Positions 13,425-26,018 of a stretch of 64,000 nucleotides of DNA are shown here, one piece after another. Below the pieces are notes generated by a model, which saw nothing but the letters and a program-made list of their open reading frames with translations, did no database searches and was not told where the DNA came from. This DNA comes from Takakia lepidozioides (Eukaryota; Plantae; Bryophyta): assembly GCA_030704615.1 (NCBI GenBank), contig CM060734.1:45446001-45510000 (forward strand), written 5' to 3'. Every line of letters begins with the position of its first letter. The stretch's first letter is position 1. The position numbers and the translations under genes are program-made.

Positions 13425-16400
13425 CACTACAAGATATGAGCATTTTTAGGACTACGGATTTGGCGGAATCATAAAAACGGCACTAGGTGTACGACTACAG
13501 AGCGCTGAAATGCGTTGCAGTCATAGTTTTACCACTTTGTAGTAATAGATATCAGTACATGACTCCGGAAAGTTATGAAGCATTGGTCAAACATTGTTGA
13601 CCATGATGACAGGGATGGTTTTATGACTAGTGTGATATGTTTGACTACACATGGACGACGTTTCATGGAATCTTGTGACTCCATGACTGAAGATGGTTTT
13701 ACAGCTCTATTTATACAACTACATCCCTACACGTGTCATTTTGAAAGCACATACATGAATGTATTCATCCATTGGATGAATTTATCCATTGATGACATGG
13801 CATGTAAACTTATGAGTCCCTTACTGCAAATTGTTTCATAACTCTATATATATGACTACATCATTATACGTGTCATTTAAAAGGCACATACATTAATGAA
13901 TTCATCCAATGGATGGGTTCATCCCTCCGCCTATACGGTGTGTTGATTTGATATCTGTTCAATAAATTGGACCTGGATGGACGTGGCTTAACAAGCATCG
14001 CAAGATATATGAGATTAAAATACGCAATGGTCATGGTTGTACAAGGCTAGATCATGTGATGGAAATTATTTTGAATCGTTAGATTTTACAGGATCTAACG
14101 GTCTAGATTGTATAAGATCTAACGGTTTAAGATTACACCGCCAAACTTTACACCGGGCTGGGACTTAGGTTTTTTTGTCTCCTGCGTTTCACCATCTATT
14201 TGATGTTGTGTCATGTATGCAGGGGCGTGGGATGGAGGCTTTACAGACCTTCCTACTCTTGAGAAAATGATGCAAGAAGGAGAAGAGGAGGAGGAGAGGA
14301 GACGATGGTACCCCTGCCAACCAGTCAGAGAGAGAGAGAGAGAGAGAGTCGCTCATGCGAAGGGTCATGCTTCAAACGGCCAGCAGCAGCGTAGGCTATA
14401 GGATTTCGAGGATGAGCAGCCATGGCAGCGCGTACAATGTACAATGTACAATGTACGCGGGACATCCTCCACATGTGGCTGCGCTCACAAGTGTCCCCGA
14501 GGCGACGCTGCTGGCAAGACTGGTACTGTTCTGACTGCTTCAAATATGTGTGGGCTGTAGAAACTGCATTGTGCGCCTGGGCATTTTTCGAACCGCATTG
14601 AATTGAGGTTTCTTCAAACAGTTTCAAGCATATTTCGGGCGAGGAGAAGATCCCAAGATTCTTGCGAGCTCGCCGTTCTTGGGAGAGTCAGCTTGGTCTT
14701 AGCAGGGCGTGTTTCAATCTCTGCCTGCTCAGCTGCACCGTGGTGGTTCGATCTCACATACCAATCCGACATTACCTGACTACAGATACAAGCAGCACAT
14801 ACAAGAGGTCCTTTTGGGTTGATGGTCGGTCAAATCCTCCATGGGTCATGACACAAGGTAAAGGACAATGTGGTGAGGATACCTTCTTCTTCGACCTATT
14901 TCAGCCTGTTTTGCCCTCTCATCAGACTCGGCCTTGAGATGCATATTGAATTTTGTAAGTTAGCTCGGTGGGTGGATCTGTGGTTGTTTAGAGTGACTTT
15001 GACAAGTTGCTGCCGATGTGGCAACATGAAAGTATCCAAAAACAGGTAACAGAGATGAGGAGAAGCTTTGGAATGAACACTTTTCCGACCCCAGTCAATG
15101 GCGGGACAATGGAGACAAAAAGGTGAGTGCATGTTGGACTACACTAGAGAGAAGTAGATGCAATTTAGAATTAGAACTACTGTAATAATTAGGGTTGGGG
15201 TTTGCTGGAAGAACTTCACGCCGTCAGTGTCAGCTGCTAGCAGCAAGTATTCATGATTTGTACACAGACAGGGATAGCTGAAGGACCAGGGATAGAGGTC
15301 CAGGTTCATCCAAGAGGGCCGGATTTCAAACACAAGATTAGTTCTGATTCCCTGTGGATCAATAGCTACAGGAAATCTGCTAACGAGAAAATGGTCTGCT
15401 AATAAAGGCACCTTTTTCAACACATTTCACCCTGTTTTTCCCTCTTATCAGAATCGGCCCTAAATTTTCATGTTGAATTCTGCAAGTTAGTGGTTGAGTG
15501 AACCTGGGATAGTTTGGAGTGACTTTGACATGATACTGCCAATGTGACAACATGAAAGTATCCAAAAGAGGTAACAGAGATGAGGAGAAGCTGTGGAATG
15601 AATACTTTTCTGACCCCAGTCAATGGTGGGACAACCGAGGCAAAAATGTGAATGCCTGTCAGATTACCAGATGTCATTTTCAACACTGCCCCTGCCTTGG
15701 TGGACATGTATGTCAAATGTGGGTGCATCGAGGATGCAAAGGGACTATGGCTAAACGAGATGTGGTGTCATGGAGTGCGATGTTTGCAGGGTATGCACAG
15801 CAGGGGCGTGGGATGGAGGCTTTGGAGACCTATGAGCAAATTATGAGGGAATGGGTACTGAAGCCCGACCACATAACGTGTGTGTGTGTGTGTTTGCAAT
15901 GCGTGTGCAAGCCTGGCAGCCCTGGAAAAGGGCAAAAGGTCCATGGTTGCATTGTCAAAGCTGCAAATGTACCAGATGTCATTCTGAACACTCCCCTGGT
16001 GGACATGTATGCCAAATGTAGGTGTAGCAAGGATGCAAAGGGAGTGTTCAACAACATGGCTGAACAAGATGTGGTGTCTTGGAGTACCATGATGACCACC
16101 TTCCCCAGTGAGTCTCTCTCTCTCTCTCTCTCTCCTCCTCTAATGCCCTCACACTGTCCAGTGGAAATACAGTTAGGCATTAAACCTCCCTAAACTTGTT
16201 TTGAATATGTGACATGGGCAAGGACCTTAAGGACTATCTCAATGGCCTATCTGCCCTCGTCACTAGACTGAAATTTAAACTCGGGGTGGCAAACTCCAAG
16301 TGCATCCACGAGCTACCACACTTAACATACATGTTGACAAGGGTGTTGTGTAGAAAAGCATTTAATGCCTTCAATCCACTTAATATAATGTGAGCATATG

Positions 16401-18498
16401 CACCTGATTTTCAGTTTGCATGCCTTTCAGCTTGATGCTCTTACGCTTGAGACAGGGGACTTAGGTATCTGAATATGCTGAAATTATGCCTAGCTGGTTG
16501 AAGTCTGTAGAGCCTCTTTCAGTTGCAGGATGGGGAAGGCAGGGGGCAAGGAGGCGGGGGGAAAATAGAATACTGTTAAATATGACTCTTGGAGCAATTC
16601 CAGCTTAAAATGTGATGATGTCACCATTGGGGCATGGACCTCTTGGTCGTTCACAAGGGACTTGGGAGGGTCAGCATGACCAGCCTGTGTATGAAGGCTG
16701 GCAACCCTAGAATTTTATAACCAGATGTCATTATGAACATCCCCTAGTTCTGGACATATATGCCAATGTCATGGGAGTGTTCAACACTATGGCTAAACGA
16801 TATGTGGTGTCGTGGAGTGCGATGCTTGCAAGGTATGCACAGTAGGATGGAGGCTTTGGATACCTATGAGCAAATGATGGGGAAATGGGTGAAGCTCGAC
16901 CACATCATTTTAGTTTGTGTTTGCAGTGCGTGTGCAAGCCTGGCAACCCGGGAAACGGCAAAGAGGTGCATGGTTGCATCACCAAAGCTGGAATTGTACC
17001 ATGTATGATTTTGAACAATACCTCGTGGACATGTATGCCAAATGTGGGAGCATTGAGGATGCGGAGAGAGCCTTCAACACTATGGCTGAACAAGATGTGG
17101 TGTCGTGGAACACGATGCTTGCAGGATATGCACAGCAAGGGCGCGGGATGGAGGTTTTGGAGACAGAAAAAGTATCAAAAAATTTAACAAAGACAAGGAG
17201 AAGCTCTGGAATGAATATGTTTCCGACCCCAGTCAATGGTGGAACAATCCAAGCAAAAATGTGAATTCATGTTGGAAGCAGATGCAAGTCAGCATAGGAA
17301 CTAGTGTGATAAGTAGGGTTGGGGTGTTTGCTGGAATACTTATAGGCTGTCATTGTCAGCTGCTAGCAGCAAGGCAATGATGTATGCATGATTTGTGCAG
17401 AGGCAAGGATAGCTGAAGGAGCAGGGATAGAGTGTAGGTCTAGATTCATCCAAGAGGGCCGGATTTCAATCTCCAGATTACCTATGATTCCCTGTGGAAT
17501 GATAGCTACAAGAAACCTGCATGGGTAGATGATCAATTGGTTGGTTTTGAGCTGAAGAGCACGACCCCTGCAAAGATGTCTCTCCATCTGTAGATCTTTT
17601 AGGAAGTGAAAGGCTAGGGCCCAACTTTCTCATGACAGTGTTAGCTGATTTTCAGTTCTTCTCCTCAGCTCGGTGCCTTTCTGTTTCCAAGTTATGGCAA
17701 TAGTTTCTGGCTACAATCTCTTTTCCTGCTAGACTCTTTAGCTCTATGCAGACCCCCTTCTTTACTTGCTTTCCTTCTTACTACTCTTTCTTGTCTTGGT
17801 ATGCGAAGTTGTGTCTTCTTCTTTCAGCCTCTATGGCACTCTATCCAGAGGTTATTTTTTCCTCTTTGTATCCAAGGACATTTTATGTCCATTACCTATG
17901 AAGTTCTGGAGGCCACTGTCCCCCCACTGTCCCTCTTTGTTAACAAAAATAAAAATAAATAAATAAAGACAACAATGGCTTCCATTCTAATTTTCCTAAA
18001 AACCTAATGAGAATTTAAATCAATTAATAATCTAAATATTATAATTGTATGATTTAATTTATTAAATTAAAATATTATTAAAAAACCTCTTTAGTCATGA
18101 AGATATATATTCATGACTACATCATGGCATCGTGACATTATATGATACGATATTCTTTCCCACGTGTAGGTCATATATGTTGTCCATGTGGACACGTGTC
18201 ACATCTGGAGTGCTACATGTGTCCCTCTGACGCCTCTCCAATGGAGTCATATACTTTGTAGACATGTAGTCATATAGTTAATCATATATAAATCATATAG
18301 TTGTGACTACATCGCTCTCTGCAGCATGACTCCAGGTGCCACGCATGCAGTCACGGCTATGACTTGCAAAACGCATTCCTAAAGACTAGTCGCTATGACA
18401 GGGTTTTTTTTCACTGCAGAGTGATGTAGTCATGAACGCATGTAGGACTGAAAAAATAGTCATATGTGCAGTCATAAAAATGCTCATCTGTTGTAGTG
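13425..18498. mobile_element. non-autonomous Pack-CACTA (En/Spm) element 1
   Basis: CACTACAA...TTGTAGTG termini with ~28-bp imperfect TIR. TSD CAA at 13422-13424 and 18499-18501. The empty site AATAACAAGGATTC is visible in gypsy copy B at ~31871-31884. Subterminal ATGACTAC/GTAGTCAT motifs; no transposase. Confidence 0.96.
14760..17540 (+). pseudogene. captured fragments of OSB-type PDF-motif exons interleaved with PLS-class PPR motifs
   Basis: EEKLWNEHFSDPSQWRDNGDKK | intron 15123-15303 | VHPRGPDFKHKISSDSLWINSY. Further PDF-motif pieces at ~14760-14857, ~15580-15647 and ~17195-17540. PPR motifs such as [42 protein letters not shown] at ~15660-16095 and ~16715-17165, with frameshifts. Confidence 0.85.
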
Positions 18499-19142
18499 CA
18501 AGGATTCAATCGGTGGTCTTGGAAATTGGAAGGTCCGTAATAAAGTCCATAGACACGGATGACCATGGACCCTTGGGAATGGGTAATGATTGAAGAAGGC
18601 TGTAAGGTCGATGTCGTGGTCCCTTCACTCTAGCACACGTGTCGCAAGATTTTATAAATTCTTTCACGAGTTTCCACAGCTGCGGCCACCAATAGTCTCT
18701 GGATATCAATTCCGTTGTTTTGTTGAAGCCGAAATGTCCTACAGCCGGAAGATCATGACATGTTTGAAGAATTTGAAGTTGTGTAGGTCCTGGAGGTACA
18801 TAGAGAAGTCCCTTGAAATAAAGTAAGTCATTTTTTAATTCGAAGTCGTTTGTAATATATGGGTTGTCTCGAGGTCGATTTAGTTGACTTCGTAGTGTCG
18901 TAGCAAAATGGTCGCTCTTTAGTGCTTTCTGAATCTCCTTTATGATTTCTGCATCGTCATAGGTGGATATGGATAACATATTCAATTGGAGATTTGCTGG
19001 TTTCAAGATGATGGATTTTTGTTGATCAAAAGCTGCATCCCCTTCTTTTGGCGCAAGATATGATCGTCGAGAAAGAGCATCTGGTTTTCCTTGAAAATGT
19101 CCGGGACGGTAGGTAATAACAAAATCAAACCTTGCTAGTGAC

Positions 19143-19765
19143 TGTCAAGGACGAGAACATGACTAAACACAAACAAGAGATAAGACTAGAAGTACAAGGC
19201 TAGACAAGAAGTCAAGGTCGGCGTGGCCGAATGGACGATGAGTAAATAGGAATCAACATGATCTTTATAACAATGAACAAGAGTACAAGATATTGGAACA
19301 CGACTTGAATACTGGAATGTTGGAAACTGGACTAGATTACGAGATACTAGAAACTGGGCTAGAGTACTGGAAACTGGAAACAAGAGTAGCTTGAACTAGT
19401 GTTGGCGAGACTGAAGAGTGTCCAGTCTCGCCTCCTATATATACTGGCTACTAAGAAGCTTCCCTCAGAAGCTTATCTTATGAAGATTTCTTGCTGGAGA
19501 AGTTTCCAACATTAAACAAAGGTTTCTTGATGAGAAGCTTCTTTAAACAAAAGAGGTATCTTGATGGAGAAGTTTCCTCCAAAGAAAGCTTCCTGAATAG
19601 TTTCCCAAGTTATTCTTGGTAATTTTGTAAACTCCCGGTAACTTGGTAAGTAATGATAAATTATGGTAGATCATAGTAAATATCGGTAAGTCATGGTAAC
19701 TTCTAGTAACATGATAACTTCTGGTATTTACTCCTGGTAAGTTTCTCTGGGCTATGTCCGTGACA
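19143..19765 (-). repeat. LTR 2 (3' LTR of copy B)
   Basis: Runs tgtcaaggac...gtccgtgaca, followed by the PPT complement tcaccccctcctct. Confidence 0.92.
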
Positions 19766-20843
19766 TCACCCCCTCCTCTAGCACCGAGTTCCTCGAGGAG
19801 CGGTAAAATCTTGGACTTGCTTAGAGTTGGAGAAAATCCAAAATCTGGCGAATGGTACTTGTCAAGTATTCGGCTCTTCGTTCTTGACTCAAATGATTTA
19901 TAGGTCCCTGCAACCATCGATAGTGTCCATCCAATACCTTGAACTTGGGACCACGCAGTGATTTGAGCATTCTGATTTTCGAAGCTGTCTTCAAACATGA
20001 TTTCGTTGCCCTCTGGGTCCGAAGCCTCAACCTCCAACAGAATTATCAGACTTCGAGTAGGCTCCACTTGCCGTCGTACGGGATTCAGACGAGGAAGTAC
20101 GTGTCGCATTGGTGGCCCATCGTCTCGAGAGCGTCGGCGTGATGTTGAAGGTCGTGAGAGTCGGAACGGCTGATCTGGTAGCTAGATAAGCGTCAACTCC
20201 AATGTATCTAGTTCCTGTGACTCCATACTGCCAATACAAGATGCAAGAGTGTTGGAAGTGTAGTTATATATACTGATGTGTGGTGCTCCTCCCTTCTTAG
20301 CGTGTATCAGGTATATTCACTACAAGAGATGAGCGTTTTTACGACTACGGCTTTGGCGGAGTCATAAAAACTGCACTAGGTAGATGATTACAAAGCGCTG
20401 AAATGGGTTGCAGTCATAGTTTTATCACTACATGACTCCGGAAAGTTAGGAAGCTTTGGTTAACATTGTTGACCATGATGATAGGGATGGTTTATATGAC
20501 TAGTGTGATATGTTTGACTACACGTGGACGACGTTTCATGGAATGTTATGATTCCATGACTGGAGATGGTTTCACAGCTCTAATTATACGACTACATTGC
20601 TACACGTCTCATTTCGAAGGCAAATACACGAATGTATTCATCTATTGGACGAGTTCATCCACATCATGACATGGCATGTAAACTTATGACTGTCTGACTG
20701 CAGATTGATTCATGACTCTATATATATGACTACATCACTACACGTGGCATTTTAAAGGCATTTATATGAAGACATATACATGAATGGATCCATCCATTGG
20801 ATGAGCTCATCCATCCATGTTTGCCGAAATCCTATCAGCTTTC

Positions 20844-22495
20844 TATCATGTGCTCATGCAGCAAATTATACCGCTTGCTATCCGTGGGCTCATGGCAAGT
20901 GGTCCTCGCAGGGCCATTTTGCGAGTATGTCGTGTATTTAAGAAGTTGTGTGCAAAAGTGGTGAATCTTGTAGAGTATGAGGAATTGAGAACTGAAGCAC
21001 TTGTCACTCTGTGTCTTATAGAGAAGGAGTTCCCACCATCATTTTTTGATGTGATGACACATCTGGTTGTTCACCTAGTGGACGAGTTGTACTTATGCGG
21101 GCCCGTAGCATCTCGTTGGATGTACCCCATGGAGCGGGCAATGAAAGATATGAAGGGCTACGTAAGAAACATGGCAAGGCCCGAGGGGAGCATGGCAGAA
21201 GGATACCAATTTGAAAAAGCATTGGGTTTTTGCACAGAGTTTATGGCAGGATTTGATGGAAGTGTACAAAGGGTGTGGGATGCAGATGAGGGAGAATCTG
21301 TGGAACGTGAAGTTGTGGAAGGAAGTTCTAAAGCCCAAAAATTGAATGACCTGCGTGATATTGTACATGAGTACATCATTCAGAACCATCCTCGTTTGTC
21401 AGTCATGTTGGGGTAAGAAATCTACTTCATTGACATTCAGGTTTCCAAGTTTTAGTCATTTCTCATTAGTTGGCATATGGCGTCTTTTCATATCTCCCAC
21501 GCCACCTCTGTCAATCTCTTGGCTGACCCTCGCATTGTGACAGGATATATGAAGCAGAGTCCACACGGATAGAAGCCAGACGACGCTTGTTTCGTGAGGA
21601 ACAAGGGCTGGAAGGCATGAGCAATCCCACGACAATTCAGTACCCTCCTGATTTGCATCCATGTCCTCCATTTGCTGTTTGGCTCCCTTAAGGTGTACGG
21701 GATCATCTCTCAATTCAATCAGATGGGCTTGATCCTACAACACGTGAGGAATTACTGGATCTTTCAAGGCCTCCATCATTTACTACCCTGTCATTCAAGA
21801 GTATGACAGCGTATGGTAACCATTACAGGGTTACATCCCCCGGCATGAACACAATAAGTATGGCGTCTTTTGATTGTGGAGTCTCATTTGTTTTCCAACA
21901 CCAGCCCATTACCAACAATTCAGGCAATGACATGGAGGAACCTACAAGATATCAGGGTCTTATAAGGGAGATTTTGCAAATTGACTATGGCCAAACACAG
22001 CCTATAGTGTTTTTGTGTTCGTGGGTACGGGCGCATCGCGTGGGTCGTCAACCTATGTCAATGAAGCAGGATGATGCTGGCTTCACACTGGTCAATTTTA
22101 ACCGTATGCTTCCACCTTCTGAGCAACCTTTTGTGTTTCCTGGCCATGTTGATCAAGTGTTTTTTTCTGATTGTGTGAAGGAGCCGGGGTGGAAAGCCGT
22201 CCTGGAGAAGAGCCCCCGAGCACGTAGAGTGGTCTGCGACATATCAATTGATAATGATGATGTGGTGGAAGTGGAAGGATTGTTAGCCCCACAAAGCTAA
22301 AGGAGACTCTGGCCCAACATGCAACCGAGCGGTACCGGTTACTCCAGAGCAGGTGGCCTCCTTGTACCTCTGAGCACCCCGTATACGTGGTGATGATGTT
22401 CAGCCAACCCTTGGACAAGATCAAGTCTGTGATGAAGAAAGTGATACATGCAGTGACCCAGACATAGATGAGGATGATGAAGATTAGATATGCTA
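20844..22495 (+). pseudogene. CACTA transposase 3' half (DUF4218 and DUF4216 regions)
   Basis: YHVLMQQIIP...EKEFPPSFFDVMTHLVVHLVDELYLCGPVASRWMYPMER...RPEGSMAEGY; then YQGLIREILQIDY...QPFVFPGHVDQVFF...WKAV. Confidence 0.9.
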
Positions 22496-22679
22496 GATTT
22501 GTGCACTCCAGTTATAGACCATGCATGATAGTTTAAGGTGGTAACACTCCCTTCGCATTCCCATTAAGATATCATGCTTGGATAGTGGATTTTATGATCA
22601 ATTATGGAGTGCTTTCCTTTCAGCACCCTTTATTCATTTGTTGTTGCAATTGGCTTTGGACCAACCCGTGCTAGTACCA

Positions 22680-24560
22680 TTGCCATGGATTCAGCACACG
22701 CCACGAAAGGCCATCCAGACCATCCTCTGGAAATGCTCCAATGTTGTTTCAAACATCTCCACATTGCAATGGATACAACACTGGCATTAGATGAGTGAAA
22801 GTGAGACTAGACCTCCAGCCAGCCGGCTTTCCCACATCAAATTGAAGGGCATCTATAGAGGATAGATACCGGCTGTTGCCTTCTCAATGTCTTTCCAATC
22901 ACCTCTGCAATCAACTGGGGTATAAGATCCTTCAAATCACAAGTTTGAGCATCACGCACAAGCCACTTACGGGGATTGAGTTTCCAATGCGACATTGGTC
23001 TTTTATTGATAGCATTGTTGTAAAATACATGGACCAACATGGTCATTTTTGGGAATGACATATAGTACACTTTCATGTACTATGTAAGCATGCAACTATG
23101 TACCAGTGACGTGGCTTGTTCGCCACTTAACATGTTTGCCCATTCAGCCATCTCCACATTGCCATGGATTTTGCATGCTGGCTTGTGAGGCCATCCACAC
23201 CATCCTCTGGAAATGCTATCATGGGGTTTCAGCTATGTCCACATTTCCCTGGATTATGCCTGCACGAAGCAAGGCCAATTGCATTCAGCACCCTCCACTT
23301 TATTATAGTATTGCAACAACATTCAAAGCACTTCAATTTGTATCCATCGAGAACATCTAGGCTAGAAAAAGACATTGTTGTAGCAGAACTTAGGAAAGTA
23401 CTTCTCCCCTTCCACTACACACGTGAAATGAAAGAAGCCAACCAATAGCATACCAGCCAAGAAAATATGAAACCAGCCAAGAAAAGAGCCAATATATGCA
23501 GTGAAGGTCGACACTAAATGAAACTTATCCAACACTTACATTAGAGGAGGGAAGCTGAGTTTTACCTCCATAAGCTTGCCCACATCAAATTTGGGAGCTT
23601 TCAGAATTTTTCCTTTCCGGTTGAATGAACTTGGCTACAAGATCCTTCAAATCACAAGTTTGAGCTTCACACACTATGAATTTATAGTGATTGAGCTTCC
23701 AATGCAAACCAGAAGTCTTATTTTAATAGCATTGTTGTAAAACACATGGACCAACAATGACAGTCTCTGGAATGACATATAGTACAGTTTCATGTAGTAT
23801 GTCGCACACAACTATGTACCAGTGACGTGGCTTCTTTGCCACTTTCCTCCTTTGCCCATTCAGCCATCTCCACATTGCCATGGACTCTGCATGCACCACG
23901 CAAGGCCATCCACACCATCCTCTGGAAATGCTATAATCAGCCATCTCCACATTGCAATGGATTCTGTCCGCACCAAGCAAGGCCTACTGCATTCAGCAAC
24001 CTCCACTTTATTATGGTATTGCAGCAACATTGAAAGCACTTCAATTAATATCCAACAAGAACATATAGGCTGGAAAACAAAAATTATTGTAGTAGAACTT
24101 ACGTTCGTACTCCTCCCCTTCCACTACACACGGGAAATTTAACCCTTGGTACCTCACATGCTCCCCTTCAAGCTCTTCCAACTAACCAACATGTCGCTCT
24201 ATCTTTGCTCCCACCTCCTCACTGTATGTGATCCCCATGAAAACAGCCAAGCAACAAGATACCAGCCTAGAAAGCCAATGTATGCAGTGAACGTCGACAC
24301 TAAACTGAAACTTATCCAGCACTTAAATTAGAGGAGAGAAGCGAGTTCTACCTCCATAAGCTTGCCCACATCAACTCTAGGAGCTTTCATAATATTTACT
24401 TTGTGGATGAAGGTGTTCTGTATATGATACATACTGGTTGATATCTTCTCAATGTCTTTTCCAATCACCTCTGGAATGAACTTGGCTACAAGAACCTTCA
24501 AATCACAAGTTTGAACTTCATGCACAATGATCTCCCTCATCTTCCACCGAAGCAAGCCGT
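22680..24560. repeat. ~2.5-3 diverged tandem copies of a ~720-790 bp unit, each containing an eS1/S3a exon fragment
   Basis: The anchor cccacatcaa recurs at ~22831, ~23579 and ~24366; actatgtaccagtgacgtggctt recurs at ~23095 and ~23811. Confidence 0.85.
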
Positions 24561-25292
24561 GACATGGTAACACTACTTACATCAGGCTGCATATCGCGAA
24601 ACTGGTGAAGGACCTGCATGGAAATACTGGCTGCATACAATGTTTTGCAGTGTTCCTGACAAGCAACCACCATTGCAACCGTCATGTTCTATGGATTTTT
24701 TTTTCCTCTCTCTCTCTCTCTCTTTCCCACTCACACATGAACCTCAGAAATGGACATCAGAGACCTGAAATGCCTTCATTATCCCCAAAAACTATTGGCT
24801 GGTGTACTTGAGGTTCTATTTCTTTCAGAGACCACCATTCAACTTCTAAGAATTGCATCATTTTGTCGAAGAGCCCTAGAAATTGTCTAACATTTTTGAA
24901 ATTGTGCGTAACAAGTGCGCTTAATGTGGTTGGGTCGCTTCTTTGTGAAGCCAATGCAGAAAATCCGCAACATGTAATTGTCTATTGTTTTCACATCCAC
25001 ATGTGACTCTATCAGACTCTACCATTTCCGCACCAGCCTCCATCAACTTGTCTGTGGTGAAATTTATTCCCTGCACCAATCCCAAGTGAATTTACAACAC
25101 GACCTTTAACCCTGACAACAAAAAAAACTCACTTTAGAGTGCCAAAAGACACAGATTTACCTGAGAATAAGCACTTCAATTTCGCTATGATGTACCGAGT
25201 GATAAAAGCCCCATACTAGAAGCAGCACTGCACCCACTTAAAATGAGAGTAATCTAAAAGTTAGTGAGGACATTGCAACCCTGCACATTCTT
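24352..25292 (-). pseudogene. RPS3A: captured 40S ribosomal protein eS1 (S3a) gene fragment, three exon pieces with introns
   Basis: 25292-25254 reads NVQGCNVLTNF*. 25070-24883 reads [53 protein letters not shown]. ~24553-24352 reads [33 protein letters not shown]...[12 protein letters not shown] followed by GT. All three match the conserved eS1 sequence, with stops and frameshifts. Confidence 0.9.
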
Positions 25293-25714
25293 GATGAAGC
25301 CAGTTTGGCAATTCGCAGAGAGAACACATATACTGGCGGCCAGCTTCAACCTTTCCTTTGTAATATCTTCCATTATTTGACCGGCCAACCTGTGATGACG
25401 ACAATGCTACCCATATCCTAACAGCATTGCATTCGAAAAGAATTCCCAAAATCAAGATCATGAGGGGAAATGTGAAGTTCCCTTTGGAACCTTCCACATA
25501 GAATGAAGGGTTTGACAGCGAAATAAGGACAAAAAGGGGGAGGAAGATGCAAGTTCCGATTGGGATTTCGCATCGGGCCTGTAGCTTCATGATGGTAATT
25601 GGTTATAACTGCTAATGGAAGAGATGTAGACTTGGCAACAGATATTTAAACGTTTCGATTATAACTTACCAATCTGACACCAGATATTTTTTGTAAATCC
25701 TATCGAACTCTCCC

Positions 25715-25860
25715 TTCGAATTCGCATCGTCGATGCTTCCATACATGTCCATGAAGGCAGCGTTCCAAATTTCTTCAAGTAGATGCAGTTCTCGCCTGTG
25801 ATATGATCACCATGCTATCCTGCGATCATCGCATTTGAAGACACGACCCGTCATTCAGCC
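25715..25860 (-). pseudogene. highly degenerate PPR fragment
   Basis: The minus strand reads VVSSNAMIAG* and WNAAFMDMYGSIDDA, resembling the PLS PPR consensus VVSWNAMIAGY and [16 protein letters not shown]. Confidence 0.5.
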
Positions 25861-26018
25861 ATACTGTCGCACATTCCCTCTCTGCAAACTCCACATTCCA
25901 AATGGCATCATCTGAAGACTCTCACTTTACAGACTCAATGAAGAATGCGACTTAGTGCTGTACGGTAACTACAAAATGCTTGAGCTATATCAAACCAATA
26001 GGAAACTAACACATGTAC

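Larger units (their letters stand above)
11730..19142 (-). mobile_element. Ty3/gypsy chromovirus copy A: 3' LTR plus integrase/chromodomain, interrupted by CACTA-1 and truncated by copy B
   Basis: LTR 11730-12284 (TG...CA), adjacent PPT (minus strand AGAGGAGGGGGTGA), chromodomain ORF 12439-12738, integrase core ~12880-13424, integrase Zn-binding region 18506-19006 (HDLPAVGHFG...CDTC). Confidence 0.93.

Noticed and set aside
15552-16193. intact 213-aa PPR gene
   Set aside because: The ORF is a mosaic crossing frameshifts and microsatellites inside transposon cargo; it is not a coherent PPR array.
24757-25590. Ulp1-protease-like (CCGFSALA) and PHD-like (CSLC...HQEC) motifs in minus-strand ORFs
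   Set aside because: The Ulp1-like stretch and the distal part of the Cys-rich ORF read as ribosomal protein eS1 in another frame. The remaining Cys pattern is too weak to call.
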